Positions 63,839 through 64,000 of a stretch of 64,000 nucleotides of DNA are shown piece after piece; position 1 is the first letter of the stretch, and the number at the start of each line of letters is the position of its first letter. The notes under the pieces were generated by a model that was not told where the DNA came from, searched no databases, and saw nothing but the letters and a program-made list of their open reading frames with translations. Where the stretch lies: positions 62,001-126,000 of IMG/VR virus record IMGVR_UViG_3300046516_001816. One strand, written 5' to 3'. A program made the translations under genes and the position numbers.

Positions 63839-64000
63839 TGAAAGCAAACGAAACCAGCATCAAGTTTAAATATGCCCTGTCCGCCGCCCTCGCCAATCCG
63901 GGTCATGACTATCCGGAAGACTTCGAACACGAGAACGGCATGTACATGAGCGTCTGTATTCGGACCGATTGTCGCCAGAAGTTTACCGGGGGCAAGTATC
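63838..64000 (+). CDS. Partial ORF (runs off window), putative Zn-binding small protein
   Basis: MKANETSIKFKYALSAALANPGHDYPEDFEHENGMYMSVCIRTDCRQKFTGGKY... Confidence 0.5.
   Translation, partial: MKANETSIKFKYALSAALANPGHDYPEDFEHENGMYMSVCIRTDCRQKFTGGKY

Noticed and set aside
1-64000. tRNA genes, CRISPR arrays, group I introns, inteins, homing endonucleases
   Set aside because: No cloverleaf/T-loop-CCA, no regularly spaced repeats, no HNH/GIY-YIG/LAGLIDADG or intein splice motifs seen by eye; not formally excluded without tRNAscan/Infernal
1-64000. Naming the host or phage species
   Set aside because: GC-rich codon usage and the endolysin type are compatible with a Burkholderiales or Xanthomonadales host but are not diagnostic without a database search

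Overview
This window is 64 kb of the conserved core of a nucleus-forming, phiKZ-related jumbo phage (Chimalliviridae) that is visibly GC-richer than phiKZ; the host cannot be determined from the sequence. Gene order follows the phiKZ gp50-gp101 interval. It runs: split family-B DNA polymerase catalytic part (494-2629), an accessory cluster, chimallin (7330-9297), non-virion RNAP beta-prime-N, an SbcD-like nuclease, ChmC-like RNA-binding protein, the gp68-like subunit, PicA/Imp1, a gp70-like protein, nvRNAP beta-C and beta-prime-C, an SF2 helicase, small accessory genes, a macrodomain, virion RNAP beta-prime fragment, a muramidase endolysin, the polymerase exonuclease part, then a long virion structural block. 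phiKZ gp equivalents come from motifs plus synteny recalled from the literature, not from searches. No tRNA, CRISPR array, intron or homing endonuclease was seen. Three candidates stand out. (1) A T-TTT-TTT -1 slippery site (34422-34428, minus strand) joins a 558-aa ORF through a stop-free 34-codon linker to a 124-aa ORF, resembling a lambda G/GT or P2 E/E-prime tail-chaperone frameshift. (2) An ORF-free, hairpin-dense unit of about 350 nt between two terminators (about 60-430) is a candidate ncRNA. (3) A conserved CAGYN-ATATATMAY-N5-TG promoter motif and a family of CATA...TATG-closed terminator hairpins recur across the window. Smaller observations include several paralog families and motifs among the accessory proteins.
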